Shown here: positions 15,046-30,031 of the stretch, one piece after another
Position numbering within the stretch: the stretch's first letter is position 1
How the letters are laid out: the number at the start of each line of letters is the position of its first letter
Origin: Octopus vulgaris
Lineage: Eukaryota
Direction of reading: 5' to 3'
NCBI GenBank assembly: GCA_951406725.2
Contig: OX597835.1
Location: 18,476,001-18,540,000, forward strand
Length of the DNA stretch: 64,000 bases
Program-made: the position numbers and the translations under genes
The notes under the pieces: model-generated
Database searches by the model: none
The model's input: the letters and a program-made list of their open reading frames with translations, nothing else
What the model was told of the DNA's origin: nothing

Positions 15046-15363
15046 GGCGCATGGCTCAGTGGTTAGAACGTCGAGCTTACGATCGTGAAGTTGTGAGTTC
15101 GATTCCTGGACCGTGTTGCGTTCTTGAGCAAGACACTTATTTTACCTTGCTCCAGTTCAGTCAGCTGTAGAAATGAGTTGCGATTAGTCCCAAGCCGTAT
15201 CGGCCTTTGCCTTTCACTTGGATAACATCAGTGGCTTGAAGGAGGGAGGCTGCTATGCATGGGCGATTGCTGGCGTTACATAAACAACTTTTCCCGGACT
15301 TGTGCCTTGGAGGGTAACTTTGTAGGTGCAATCCCATGGTCATTCATGACCGAAGGGGGTCTC
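15046..15363 (+). mobile_element. tRNA-derived SINE family B
   Basis: ggcgcatggctcagtggttag...gagttcgattcc boxes A/B; homologous to 50030-50363. Confidence 0.85.
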
Positions 15364-15934
15364 AAGTGTTTAAACAGTAACATTTCCAATGTAGAAACAA
15401 AAATACAAACATATCTACATACACACACTGAGGTATATTGATGGATAAATATATAGACAGACAGATACCTAGCTAGCTAGACAGAAAGATATTCCACATA
15501 TAAGTTTTCTCATGGTTTCAGACCATAATCTGGAATCAAGGTCTTGGTTACCTTTACTTCTATGATACAAACATTTAAAGAGTGTAAATTAAAAAAAAGA
15601 TAAATAGATGAATGATTGGATGGATGGATGGACGGATAGAGAGAGAAAGGGATGGTGAGAGGGTGGGATAGGTGGATGTTCCCAGAGTTCACGGGAAAAG
15701 AACACCATAATCATAAAAGAAAGAACAAAAATGAAAGCCAAACAGACGATATGTAGATAAATTTGAAAGATGTAGATGAGTTTGAAAGAAAGGTTATGTA
15801 GATGAATTGTACATCATTCACAAAATAATACAAACTGTGAAAGACGAGGTAAAGGCGAAAATTAAGGTAGAATTGGGAAGAATGTTAGATAAAGAATAAG
15901 TGTGCCTTGTTAGTAGAAGAGCTGACTTAGATTT

Positions 15935-16346
15935 CTCTCTTTTCTCTCTCTCATTTACCTGTTTCAGTCATTTGACTGCGGCCATGCTGGAGCACCGCCT
16001 TTAATCGAGCAACTCGACCCCGGGACGTATTCTTTCGTAAGCCCAATACTTATTCTATCGGTCTCTTTTGCCTAACCGCCAAGGAACGGGCACATAAACA
16101 CACGAGCATCGGTTCTCAACCAATGCTAGGGGGACAAACACATACACACAAACACAAACACGAATATATATATATATACATATATATATACGTATATACG
16201 ACGGTCTTCTTTCAGTTTCCGTCTACCAAACCCACCCACAAGGCTTTGGTCGGCCCGAGGCTATAGTACAATACACTTGTCCAAGGTGCCGCACAATGGG
16301 ACTGAACCTGGAACCATGTGGCTGGTAAACAAACTACTTACCACAG
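15935..16346 (-). mobile_element. SINE family A
   Basis: Colinear with 13882-14309. Confidence 0.88.
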
Positions 16347-17129
16347 TTTTATTGTGAATTATTTAACAACACTTGAATAGTATTGTTAAATAGTGTTGAG
16401 AATCGTAGCAAGAATTCGAAATTCAAAATTCGGATTAGGGGACTTCATTCAGTACCGTAGTGAAGCAAAGCGTTCTGGGGTGTTTCAGCAAGAAATAACA
16501 GAGATCAAAGCCAGAGAATCTAATTATCGGTAAAAAAGAAAAAAACATTGAATACGTACTTCGCGCATGATGAGTAAAATATAATTTTATTCAAGCGCTT
16601 GTAATTATAATAGTAAAGTCTCTTTATTAGTATTACGAAGTATTAAACTTTGGAAGCAATCATGACAACTTCAATCTTATTTGACCTCTTTAGCAAAGAC
16701 CAAGCCTTTGGCTGATGTAATAACATCGGAAAAGACAAATAATATTAATGATTTGTTTTAAAATTGTTTTGTGATATACGGGTAAATCACGTAGTGAAAA
16801 ATATAATTAATCATTTTGTGTATTTCTGTATCATTAAACTTTTTGCTGACGCAATTTCCAGAGTTCACCAACATCCACCTTCATATTAATATTTCATTAG
16901 CTTATTAGCATTAATAACATCTATTATTACCCTTCTGGTTGTAAGAAGAATTGATTAAAAATTACGTTTGCTTGCAACCATACACCCAGAGCACCGTTGC
17001 GAAATTATCCCATGTCACATGTCCACACGCACGCACACCCATTCACACACATACATACATACATGCATACATACATACATACATACATACATACATACAT
17101 ACATACATACATACACACAACACATAGCG

Positions 17130-17163
<34 letters not shown>

Positions 17164-17166
17164 GTG

Positions 17167-17237
<71 letters not shown>

Positions 17238-17376
17238 GGATAGATAGATGCACACACACGCATATATGTATGCATACGTATATAAAAGTACTCATTTCGT
17301 ATGTGTATGTAAAGATATATGAATACAAATGTAGAAATATATTTGCATGTAATCTATGTATATATACATGCATCTA

Positions 17377-17451
<75 letters not shown>

Positions 17452-17472
17452 ATCTATCTATCTATCTATCTA

Positions 17473-17581
<109 letters not shown>

Positions 17582-17589
17582 GTACATAG

Positions 17590-17632
<43 letters not shown>

Positions 17633-19500
17633 CATACATACATACACATATACAAATATATTATAAACAAGAAACACATAAAATAAGCCCCATTGGTACA
17701 ATGTTGCAGAATATATAGAGACATACACCACACACTCATATATACATATAAACATATATATATATATATGCATGTACAGAAATACATGTCAATACAATGC
17801 ATAAACGTAAACAGATACATGCACAAACATATAATCGCACACACAAGCATACAGACGAAGAAGAGATACACTCACACACAGAAAAGACGACCATACATAC
17901 AGAAATTGAATAAACAAGAACAAGATATATGTTAACGAAATTTATTGATTTAGTTCAGTGAAGTATAACCGTAAATAGTTTTATATGGATTATATTCCGC
18001 TGTTTCGGGTTATTTATTCCTAGTGTGAGTCTTCTAATCCATTCCTCATTAGAATTCCTGAAGGATTAAGGAAACTATTTAGAATATTATTTGATCAACC
18101 ATTGACTAAAAATATTATTGTTATAGCAATATATCAATTAATTTACGCATTAACTGGTGTCAGAAATATAGAAATAAAATAAAACGAAATTGAAGCAAAC
18201 GGACAATTTTTACAATTCTTGTTTTATACCATGGGAAAATTTATAAAATTCCGTGTTTGTGGAAGCGATAAATAAATGAAATATTGAAATATTGGAATAG
18301 TTCATGATTGTATTAAAATTGTAATTGAATGCTGTAATTGTGTTTGTATGTGGCGATGATATTAGTAATTTTTCAACAAACTTAAACTAACCTGTTATTT
18401 TATTCCTGCACATCTCAATGACATCCTGTTAAGCGGGGAGTTTTGTCTGCCCGATAAGACAGGAGGGTTGCATCCTTCTAGGTCTAAAAGAATTCGAGGG
18501 GTCGTAATGTAAGCAGCGGTTTATAGTATACTCCAATAGTCTGGGCGATAGTGTGATACAATTGAACATGGTTATACCTGTATATATCAAAAATGGCAGG
18601 GTATGCGTAGCTTAAACAAAACAGAAAATATTCGGATCGTAAAACACTGCAGTGCTGAATTCTAGATTTGGAATTTTCAGCGGTGGCAAATATATCGAGA
18701 AATTCCTTTTGGCTCATCGCCGATTACCCACCTCTCCAGAATGAGCAGCTGTACTGCAGACTCTAGGCTATTGGCCATTTAGTCTTATGATTTTTCTTTC
18801 TTCTGTTTCCTTTTCCTTTCTCCGATTTTCACCCTTCTACCTGTTACATCTACTCCTTTCTCGCTTTTTCACTTTGGGGAGGCACATCGTCCTGTTCTTT
18901 GCTTGTTATGCCATGTGAGCATAGTATTATGATTGCGTAAAAGCAACAGACGTGTTAAAAATTCTGCCTGAGATGTTTCCATCTCCAAAATATATATTAC
19001 GTAGCTCAAAAATATATATTACGTTATCAAATATTACCTATATCATACCGGATGGAGCACATTTTTTTAATCATTCTATCAGGGGACAATAAAGTCCATA
19101 CATACATACACACACTCATATGTCTTTTTTGTCCCTATATATATGGACGAGTGAGTCAAATATTATTTATCGCGGTCCTGACTACCTTCCTATACTTGAT
19201 CTAATATGAATTCTACGCACTACTTAAGACTATGTATACATGCATATATACATATGGGTAAGCCGGTGTGTATATGTGTGTGTGTATATGTGTGTCTGTG
19301 TATATGTCTATTTTATGTTATATTCTGTTCACATACGTTAGAAGTGGAAGGTAGCCTTTGAATTCTTTCAGCAACAAGGACCAAAGGGAACCATAGGGGT
19401 CAGTTTTCCACATTCTCCGTGGAAAATGGCGATTTTAACGTCTGTATCTAGCATACAGGCTGTCCACTTTTAGAGGTCAATCCTCTAAATTTTGTATATA

Positions 19501-19901
19501 CTCTTTACTCTTTTACTAGTTTCAGTCATTTGCCTGCGGCCATGCTGGAGCACCGCCTTTTAGTCGAGCAAATCGACCCCGGGACTTATTCTTTGTAAGC
19601 CCAGTACTTATTCTATCGGTCTCTTTTGCCGAACCGCTAAGTGACGGGGTCGTAAACTTACCAGCATCGGTTGTCAAGCAATGCTAGGGGGACAAACACA
19701 GACACACAAACACACACACATATATATATATACATATATACGACAGGCTTCTTTCAGTTTCCGTCTACCAAATCCACTCACAAGGCATTGGTCGGCCCGG
19801 GGCTATAGCAGAAGACACTTGCCCAAGGTGCCACCCAGTGGGACTGAACCCGGAACCATGTGGTTGGTTAGCAAGCTACTTACCACACAGCCACTCCTGC
19901 G

Positions 19902-19903
<2 letters not shown>
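19501..19903 (-). mobile_element. SINE family A, full length
   Basis: Complete head ggcgcaggagtggctgtgtgg through tail. Confidence 0.9.
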
Positions 19904-19943
<40 letters not shown>

Positions 19944-20185
19944 TCTTAAATGTGTTCAGTTTTTAAGCTGTTATGTTGGGGTAATGCGCATTACCATAAT
20001 TTTCAATTGTTGTCAAATATTAGAAGCACACACCAAATCAGTATTAATCGATTGAAGATCGAATAATTCATAGTAGTTTCGAGCCCTATAACTTATAAGT
20101 CAAGTCAAACTAACTAATGATATTTCGAAATCGTACGTATTAAATGATTTGAAATTAATTATCATCATTTCATTTGACTTCATTA

Positions 20186-20255
<70 letters not shown>

Positions 20256-20372
20256 CTTCCTGGGGCTACAAACTACAGTAGCATCCACCCTTAGGGGTTA
20301 GCCATATTCAAATGGCAAATATGCGTCACGATGTGTTACCGCTACTGTTTATAACTCGCTCTGAGATTTATC

Positions 20373-20455
<83 letters not shown>

Positions 20456-21018
20456 TGAGCACCTTGTGTGTGTGATTTTGAAGCGAAAATCGATCTGGAT
20501 CTTTAATCATAAACCGCACGTACAGCAAGCTGTGAATGTTGTCTGTTGACGCTTCAACATACTGGATAAGCACAGTTACCAAATACCTGAGCTGACTATT
20601 TAGTCACATTTTTGTAAATGATATTTTCAGCAACTTGTCTGAAGCAGTATTCTTCTCTCGTATAAGTGCATAGAATGTCTCAGACCAGCATACATTTTCA
20701 ATACATTATATTAAAGTACACTACGTTCAGTTCATGAAGTCTTCTTTGTATATTTTGTATTTCATGCGACTCGTTATTTTATTTTTTTCAAATGTATATA
20801 AGTTTTATATTCTGTATGTTATAATTTGCTGTTCTTCAATGCTGTTTCACTGTGATACTGTAAAGAATTTATTGACGAATATACATCTGGACAGCCCATT
20901 ATACCTGCGACGCGTTTCTTATATAATTCAAGTTGATACGAGACAGCATTAGTCATGATTCTACATTCTTCATTGTTTGTTTAACCTAACATTTCCTGAA
21001 GGTACAAATTAACAAATG

Positions 21019-21142
<124 letters not shown>

Positions 21143-21145
21143 GTG

Positions 21146-21195
<50 letters not shown>

Positions 21196-21265
21196 TTATA
21201 TATATCTACATGTATATATATTTATATATATATATATACATACACATACATACATACATATACAT

Positions 21266-21304
<39 letters not shown>

Positions 21305-21917
21305 CACATATCTATATACGTATATATATATATATATAAACACACACTTAAGAATGAGATCGTTTACATTTCTCATTCACACACATGTTGTGAACGCAAA
21401 CCGGCATATATGTGTATGTGTGTGTATGTGTGTATTTATATATGAATGTAAATATGTATGTATACATGTTTTTTTACTCGGCAGAATTTACTAGATGACA
21501 AGCCTCGAGAATTTCGTGCGCCATAGTTATTAAACTCTCGGCCCTTGAGTTACATTCTAATCTATTAGAAATAACATGATATACCTATAAGTGTATACTC
21601 AGTAATTTTTTTCATCTATGTTAACACAATACTACACATTAGCACGGTTATGTATGTAAACATTATATATCAGATCCGTCGATGTTTTATCAAGAATGAC
21701 TAAGTTTTATCCAAGAAATTCTCATAGACGTCCTTTTACTTACATAATATATATTCAAACATAGAACCTGACAATCAACGCTCTAAATGGTCATGTAGTT
21801 TGAGCTTACAGAGGAACAATATTATGTATCATAAAATGTGGCTCCATAATGTTCCATAATGAATTTCTCGTTAATTTGAAATATCCAAAGTAATCAAGAG
21901 GGAATATTCATTTGTAA

Positions 21918-22390
21918 TCTAGGCACAAGACTCGAAATTTCTGGTTGGGGTGGGCAGTCGAGTAGATCGACCTCAGTAAGCCACTGGTACTTAATTTATC
22001 AACACCGAAAGGATGAAAGGCAAAGACGAACTCGGCGGAATTTGAACCCACAATTTTAAGGCAGACGAAAAACTGCTAAGCATTTCGCCCGGCGTGCTAA
22101 CGTTTCTGCCAACACGCCGCCTTAAATATTCTTTGATGCTCTAGGCAAAAGGCCCGAAATTGAAATTTTAGGGGAGGGGCCAGTCGAGTAGATCGACACC
22201 AGTGCGCAACTGGTACTTAATTTATCGACCACGAAAGGATGAAAGGCAAAGTCGACCTCGGCGATGGAATTTGAACGCAGAACGTAGACGGACGAAATAC
22301 CTATTTCTTTACTGTCCACAAGAGGCTACACACAGAGGGGACAAACAAGGACAGACAAACGAATTAAGTCGACTATATCCACCCTAGTGC
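21918..22390 (-). mobile_element. Cluster of SINE family C copies and fragments
   Basis: One complete (21918-22122) and one 5'-truncated copy with the reverse complement of gcctttcatcctttcggggtcgataaattaagtaccag, plus a Tx1-like tail fragment at 22300-22390. Confidence 0.8.
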
Positions 22391-22794
22391 TCACCGCCTT
22401 ACAATTAAAGAATATGAGGTGATCTGTTCAAATATACCAATTAACAACGAAGTAACGTAAATGCTTGTATGGAAAATATTTGTCTACGACAATATCCTAA
22501 TTAAATGATCACAGGCAGATTAATAAAAAAACTTAGGAAAGAAGTAATTCTAGTACTAGGTTCATATGAGCATTGATTTATTTGGTTAATATGTTATCAG
22601 CATTCGTCCTTTCAACCGAAACATACGACACGGACTCGGGCTTCCGGGTTGCGCAACAAAAATTTGAAAACCTAGATTTTCTACTTTCTCTCACTAAATG
22701 ATAGATACAAAACAGAGGTACATACATGCGCATGTATCTACACACACGCACACAAATAGAAACACATATGTTTGTATGTATAACTTTTATCTTA

Positions 22795-22966
22795 TAACTT
22801 TTGTTTTACCGGTTTCAGTCATTGGACTGCGGCCATGTTTGGACACCGACCTGAAATATTCAATGGAGTGAATCGACGCCAGCATTTATTTTTTTTTTAA
22901 TTTACGGGGATACAAACACACCAACACAGATTGTCAAGTGGTGATGATGGGAAGAAGATAAACACA

Positions 22967-23016
<50 letters not shown>

Positions 23017-23160
23017 GGTATATATACGACAGACTTGTTTTAGTTTCCATCTACAAAATCCACTCAGAAGGCTTTGGTCGGCACGAGGCTATAGTAGAAG
23101 GTATTTGCACAATGGATTACGCTGTCGGATGAACCTGGAACCACGTGGTTGGGAAGCAAT
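22795..23160 (-). mobile_element. Degraded SINE family A
   Basis: Diverged but colinear with family A. Confidence 0.7.
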
Positions 23161-23161
23161 C

Positions 23162-23231
<70 letters not shown>

Positions 23232-23254
23232 GAGAGAGATAGATACATAGATAA

Positions 23255-23850
23255 GTTTCTTTATTGGCCACACAGGGCTGCACACAGATGGGACAAGTTA
23301 CAAGGTAGAGCTTTTATTTTGGGGGATGAAAAATACAAAAAACAAAAGAAAAAAAAGGGGTGGCGTAGGTTTTCCATCAAGAGGGATCGTAAAAGGGAAG
23401 AAAAGAACAAAAAAAAAATAAATAAAATAAAAAAAAAGAAAAGGAAAAGGAACAAAAGAAAAGAGAAATGGAAAAAGAAGAAAAAAGGGGAAAAAAGGGG
23501 AAAAGAGGAAAAAAAACGATTAATAGGGATCGTGTATCACAGTGTTATGATATATGGTGTAAAGGGGAAAGCAAGTAAGGTTTATCCGTGGGAAGAAAAG
23601 CCTACGAAAAAGACCACGGTAACCTTGGTCAATATTGTTATATGTTACCACATTTGTTTGCAAGTGGGTAACCCTTTGTTTTCAATTTCTGGGTTCATAG
23701 GATTATGCTCAAGGTTGCTTCGTCATTCATACGTGCCATCCTTGCTACATTCACCCATCTTTTTTTAAAACATTCGCTAGACAAAACTTGCCTCTCTACT
23801 CTCACTTTCCTTTTCAGGTGGTACTTGAAGAAGTTGATGAGAGATTGACC
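23255..23850 (-). mobile_element. 5'-truncated Tx1/L1-like LINE (ORF2 C-terminus + 3' UTR) inserted in (GATA)n
   Basis: 23850->23695 translates GQSLINFFKYHLKRKVRVERQVLSSECFKK/RWVNVARMARMNDEATLSIIL*; T-rich 3' UTR ending AATAAAGAAAC; flanks tagatacatagata / tagatagatagata. Confidence 0.7.
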
Positions 23851-25176
23851 TAGATAGATAGATACGTCTGTGTATGCACGCTTTTATGGAAGTATATGTA
23901 GTAAATAATTTGGGTTATTGATAGTAACGTTACAAAAAGCACCTGAACGTATGAATTATAAAATGTTATTGCATTTTGTTCTTCCTGCTGTTCCAGCTGT
24001 TGCCGTCGCTGCTGGTGTGACTGGTGTTATAATTTTTAAATGTCTCTTGAGTCTGTTCTACTGAACGCGTCCTTTAATCATAGGCATTCGAGGTGTCATC
24101 ATTTTTATTTGTTATGAAAAGACTGGTTTAAACTCGAACTTGAAGGATGCTGCAGGCGTTTCGAATGTGTGAAGTATTTTTCATAGGAATGTGTAAAAAA
24201 ATATTTTTTACAAAGTTGTGGTCAACAGGGACCGCGTTTTATGTCCATTCAATATTTATTTCGGAAAGTTGAGCTTGTTATTAGTTAAGCGCCCAAAAGT
24301 TGTTAAATGATTCTAATAATAGGGTTAGATATGTGAATAAAGCGTGGCTTTTCTTCAGTTGTATGTATAATCTAGGCAAGGATTTCGAACGAAAAGTAAA
24401 CTTTGAACTATGTGTACCGAATACTTCATCATCCAAATTATTTTGCATTCGTTTCCTGCCGCAAAGAACCCCTGTATATTTGTATGGAACACGTTTTTCT
24501 CCATGTGTGGTTCTAATATTTCTTCAATTTGTGAGTTCCATCGAATGAAAATAACTCTATGGAGATGACGTTATCTGGAACTTTGAAAGTGGTTCATGAA
24601 GTGCTAGCCTAAATTCTCTCTCAACTTGTTAAGAATTCTAGACCAATTTTCACTATGACAACCTTGAAAAGAAAGGAAATTTTCATAAACATACGTAGAG
24701 AAGCACAAGATGGCTACGTTACATAACACCTAGCAGTAAAATTATTATTTATCCTCTTATTTTCTGTCTTTGGCCAGTAAGTGTTATTTCCTAGTTGCTT
24801 CTATCGAGAAATCAAAGAAAATGATACCCGTTCCCTTCAAATTTGTTTTTATGACCTGAACATCCATGTTTTGAACATGATCTTTTTTTCCCAGCACAGA
24901 TTCGGTACTGAGTTGCTGAAACAGAAATACTGTTATAGTAAATAAATATTGTACTCAATACCATGCATCTGGTTTTCAGTTGCGTGACTCTAAACACTTG
25001 AGCATGTCCCTTAGTGGCAGACAATATGTGCATCTCTGATTATGAGCACGGGTAGTGGAGAAGCAGCATAGCTATGTGTGTGATGAGAGGGATTCTTTGG
25101 AGTTTGAATAACTGCAACAAAATCAAAGTTTGTTCTGGGATCTTTTCTTTGTTTTAGTTTCGGCAAATAGAGAAAA

Positions 25177-25252
<76 letters not shown>

Positions 25253-25253
25253 G

Positions 25254-25321
<68 letters not shown>

Positions 25322-25322
<1 letters not shown>

Positions 25323-25426
25323 TATGTTTGACTTTTGCTTTATATTTGTACAAGTTGGCTCCAAGTCTCACCCAGAGACCTCAAGAGACAACAGGGTTGG
25401 AAGTTCATGTTGTTGTTATGCCTAGT
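25322..25426 (-). mobile_element. Short unique island between (TAA)n arrays, probable 3' UTR fragment of a related RLE LINE
   Basis: Same (TAA)n context as the neighbouring RLE element; no coding evidence, strand inferred. Confidence 0.35.
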
Positions 25427-25485
25427 TATTATTATTATTATTATTATTATTGTTATTATTATTATTATTATTATCATTATTATTA

Positions 25486-25574
<89 letters not shown>

Positions 25575-25577
<3 letters not shown>

Positions 25578-26577
25578 TAGTTTTATTTTTATAGCGTGCT
25601 TTTGACTTCACTACCGAGCACAGCTCTGTGTGCCTTGGGTATGTGCTGTGATTTGTTGTGATGCTCTGATGGTTATTGTATGGAAAGTGTTCTGCGTAGG
25701 ATGTGTGCAGTGCCTAGTAGTGCAATTTTCTGTATGTTATATGTGTTTGTAAGTCCTGGTGTTTTTGTTATGTATTTGTCTGAATATTTTTTTATCATGC
25801 CTAATGCCCCTACTATGATAGGAATTGTTTCTGTTTTCAGATTCCACATTCTAGTTACCTCTATTTCCAGGTCTTTGTATTTTGAGAGTTTCTCCATTTC
25901 TTTTAGAGACACGTTGTAATCAGCCGGTATTGATACATCAATTAGAAAGCATTTTTTTCTTCATGATCTCTGACAACTATATCTGGTCTGTTGGCCTTAA
26001 TTTCTCTATCTGTGTGTATCGGCATATCCCAGAGTATGGTTGCTTTCTCGTTTTCTGTGACCTTTTCTGGTGTGTGCCTATACCATCTTTTTTCTTTTGT
26101 TATTCCATAATGTTGGCATAGCTTCCAATGTATGTAGGTTCCAACTCTGTCATGTCTGTGAATATATTCCTTCTTAGCCAGGACTGGGCAGCTAGAGATA
26201 ATATGATTTATTGTTTCTTGTCCATCTCCACATATTCTGCAGTTACTTGTAATATTTCTTTTCATTACATGTTTTTGGTAATTTCTGGTGGGGAGGCTTT
26301 GGTCTTGTGCTGCAATTAAAAATCCCTCTGTTTCTGCTTTGAGTCCTGAGCTTCTCAACCATTGCTGGGATTTTTCTTTGTCTATTTCTTTTGCGTTTAG
26401 TTTAGTCCAGTATTTACCATGAAGGGGCTTTTCTTGCCATCGTTTTATCATGGTTCGTTGCTGTTCTATTTTTAGTTTGGATTTCATTTGTTTTATAGCT
26501 TTATTGTTTCTTCATCTTCTTCTTTTTCTTCATGTTTATTAGGTGGTATGATTTCTTGTTTGTATTTGTCAGCTTCC

Positions 26578-26578
<1 letters not shown>
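25575..26578 (-). mobile_element. 5'-truncated RLE non-LTR retrotransposon (R4/Dong-like), CCHC finger + restriction-like endonuclease
   Basis: CRICGDGQETINHIISSC, RHD, RPDIVV, EKLSKYKDL, IIVGALG, QKIALLGTAHILRR; frameshifted near 25920-25950; flanked on both sides by (TAA)n. Confidence 0.9.
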
Positions 26579-26647
<69 letters not shown>

Positions 26648-26670
26648 CATCATCATCATCATCATCATCA

Positions 26671-26716
<46 letters not shown>

Positions 26717-26904
26717 CATTATTATTATTATTGTTATTTTGTACTTTTAATCTACATGTTTATTACAATTAGCCTCCGAGACGCATCCAGTGTCTTAGGG
26801 CGAGATTATTATTATCATTATTATTGTTGTTGTTGTTGTTGTTGTTGTTGTTATTATTATTATTATTACTATTATTATTATATATTGATACGGATAACGC
26901 ATAA

Positions 26905-27106
26905 GGTGGTTAGCTGGCAGAATTGTTAGTATTCCGGACAAAATTTTTAGCGGTATTTGATCCATCCTTCCGTTCTGAGTTCAAGTTCCGCCGTAGTCGA
27001 CTTTCAGGATCGATGAGATAAAAACCAATTACGCACTGGGATCGATGTAATTGACTAGTCCCCACCACAAACAAAATTTCAGGCCTTGTGCCTATAGTAG
27101 AAAGGA
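26905..27106 (+). mobile_element. SINE family C with alternative tail (aggccttgtgcctatagtagaaagga); another diverged copy at ~27190-27390
   Basis: Head agctggcagaattgttag...gagttcaagttcc. Confidence 0.7.
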
Positions 27107-27533
27107 TGATGATGACGATGATGATGATGATGATGATCATCATCATCATCATTAATATTGTTTATATTATTATTAGTATTATCATTGTCAAGCGCCGAGT
27201 TGGCAGAACAGGTAGCATCGTTGGCAAAATGCTAAGTTCGTCGATCGTTACGTTCTGAGTTCAAATTCCGCTCTTTCGACATTGCCTTTCATTCCTTCGG
27301 CAACGATAAAATAAATACCAGTTGTAACACTGTTATCGACTCATCCTCTTCCCCAAAATTACTTCCGTCGTGGCAAAATTTGAAACCATTAATTATAATA
27401 ACAATAATAATTATTATTACCGTTATCATTATTATAATTATTATTATAATTATTATTACCCTCATAAAAATAATAATAATAATAATAATAATAATAATTA
27501 TTATTATTGTTATTATTATTATTACTGTTATTA

Positions 27534-27609
<76 letters not shown>

Positions 27610-28376
27610 GTTATTATTACTATTATCACCGTCATCACTTTCCACCATACTTTCTGTTATTATATAAATGAACTTGCAACCAGTTTGACAGCAAAAAAAA
27701 CAGCGGGATACACTTGAAAGCGTTTGGTATTCTCGCACTCCACTTCAGTTAAATTTACAGATATACAAATACAGCAGTAATAAATAAAATAAAATAAAAA
27801 TAAAATAAAAATAAAATAAAATAAATAAAATAAACAACAGCATCAGTCACTATTACATGAACTCAAATATGAAGGAGAACAATAACAACAACAGCAGCAG
27901 AATTAAATGATGCCATGGTGTATCAAACGTATAGCTTAAACAGAGCGAGTAAACTGGTTTTTTTCCCAATAACACTAACTGATGGTTTCATTGTAAGAGA
28001 AAAAGTTAAAAGTAAAATTTGAAACATATAAATAAATAAATGAATAAATAAATAAATAGAGAGAAGAATCAATGCTTTTTGTGATTCTTGGAAGGGTGCC
28101 AAGTTCAGGTTACAGAATATTAATGAATTGATAGGAATTAATTAATTTACAGAAGATTCAAAAAGAAAAAAAAAAACACAAAAAAAAAAAAACTAAAGAA
28201 TCATCTCGAGTTAGAAAAAAAATACCGAACAGTAGAATAATTCTCTGCATACGGATAGGAAACATATATTCATATATGTATGCATGTGCACATGTTTACA
28301 TATTTATGTGTGTGTCTCTATATGTGTATATATATATATATACACATATACACATATATATGTATATATGTATATT

Positions 28377-28417
<41 letters not shown>

Positions 28418-28473
28418 TTCTCATATATATATATCCGTTTCCCCCCCTTCTACGTTTCTCTATCTCTCTCACT

Positions 28474-29730
28474 CAGCCCTCGATCTGTCTCTTTCTTCTC
28501 CTCCCTCGTCCATCTCTCTCTTTTCATCTGTATATATGTATATACATATATATGTATATATGTATGTACATATATATATGACGAGGGCTATATGTTCTTG
28601 TCCATGTCTGTAATTATTTTTACTGTTTACTATATAATCATATATATACGATAAGTATAATTTTTCTCAAGCATTGATACATAATATATATATCTTCTCC
28701 CTCCAGCCCCCTCGATCTGTCTCTTTCTTCTCCTCCCTCGTCCATCTCTCTCTTTTCATCTGTCCCTTTCTCTGTCTTTGTTCTCACGTGACCGCTGACC
28801 GCTGTTGAGCGCTCTTTTCGTTCCATATTTGTTCGTTATATATATTGTACGTATTCTGTATTTTTGTTCGTGTACTTCGTTCGTTTCCGTCCTCGTTTGT
28901 ATACATTCGAAGCTAATAATACTATTTCCCGTGGCGGGTCATATATATTAATCAGCCGAATTGATCTGGTTCTTGACATGACTGAGGGCATGTCCGTCCT
29001 GTGGTTCTTGTGTCGTCTCTGTGGCGTTTCATGTTCTTGTCCATAATTATACTGTTTACTATATAATCGGCGGCTATATATTGTCCTTATACGATGTATA
29101 TTTTTCAAGCATATATCTTAATCTTTCTTTCTCTCTCTCTCCTCCTTATTCCCCTCCTTTCTTTCCTCTCCATCCGTTTCCTCTATATATCCAGCCCCTC
29201 GATCTGTCTCTTCTTCTCCTCCTCGTCCCTTCTCTCTCTTTCATCTGTCCCTTTCTCTTGTCTTTTGTTCTCATGATGACCGCTGTTGATATTGAAGCAA
29301 CACGTACTTGTTCGTCTCCTGTGGCCATTAGGCACAACTTCATAAGCACCCATGCTCAATTCGTCCTGTCGAAAGACCCTTGTCCTACGTCCTGGTTTTG
29401 TTTTGTGTTTATTTTTTATACTTTATTTTTACCGTTATTGTTTTTACGTTTGTATTCTTATTGTTGTCACGTATTCTGTATTTTTGTTCGTGTACTTCGT
29501 TCGTTTCCGTCCTCGTGTTGTATACATTCGAAGCTTTCTTCCAGGGGATCTAATGCACTTAGTTTCCCGTGGCGGCTGCCATATCGGAGCAATCTCAAGA
29601 TTAATCAGCCGAAATTGCTGATGATCTGGTTCTTGACTGATGACTGAGGGCTTCGAATGTCCGTCCTGTGGTTCTTGTGTCGTCTCTGTGCTTCATGTTC
29701 TTGTCCATGTCTGTAATTATTTTTACTGTT
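28474..29730. repeat. Three tandem, differently deleted copies of a ~540-bp unclassified repeat
   Basis: cagccc(c)ctcgatctgtctc start at ~28474, ~28704, ~29192; shared end atgttcttgtccat...tactgttta. Confidence 0.8.
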
Positions 29731-29736
29731 TATATA

Positions 29737-29776
<40 letters not shown>

Positions 29777-29942
29777 CATATATATGTATATATGTATATG
29801 TATGTACATATATATATATATATATACATATATATATACATATATATATATGTATATTCGTATATATATGTAAGTGTAATATATATATATATATATATAT
29901 ATTACATTCATTTATATAAATAACTACATATATCTGTGTACA

Positions 29943-30031
<89 letters not shown>

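Noticed and set aside
18945-18962. cagacgtgtt motif like the 5' end of the ORF1-only element (also at ~62365)
   Set aside because: 10-bp match only, with no downstream similarity
23145-23768. 207-aa Lys-rich ORF
   Set aside because: Antisense reading of a T-rich LINE 3' UTR plus microsatellite
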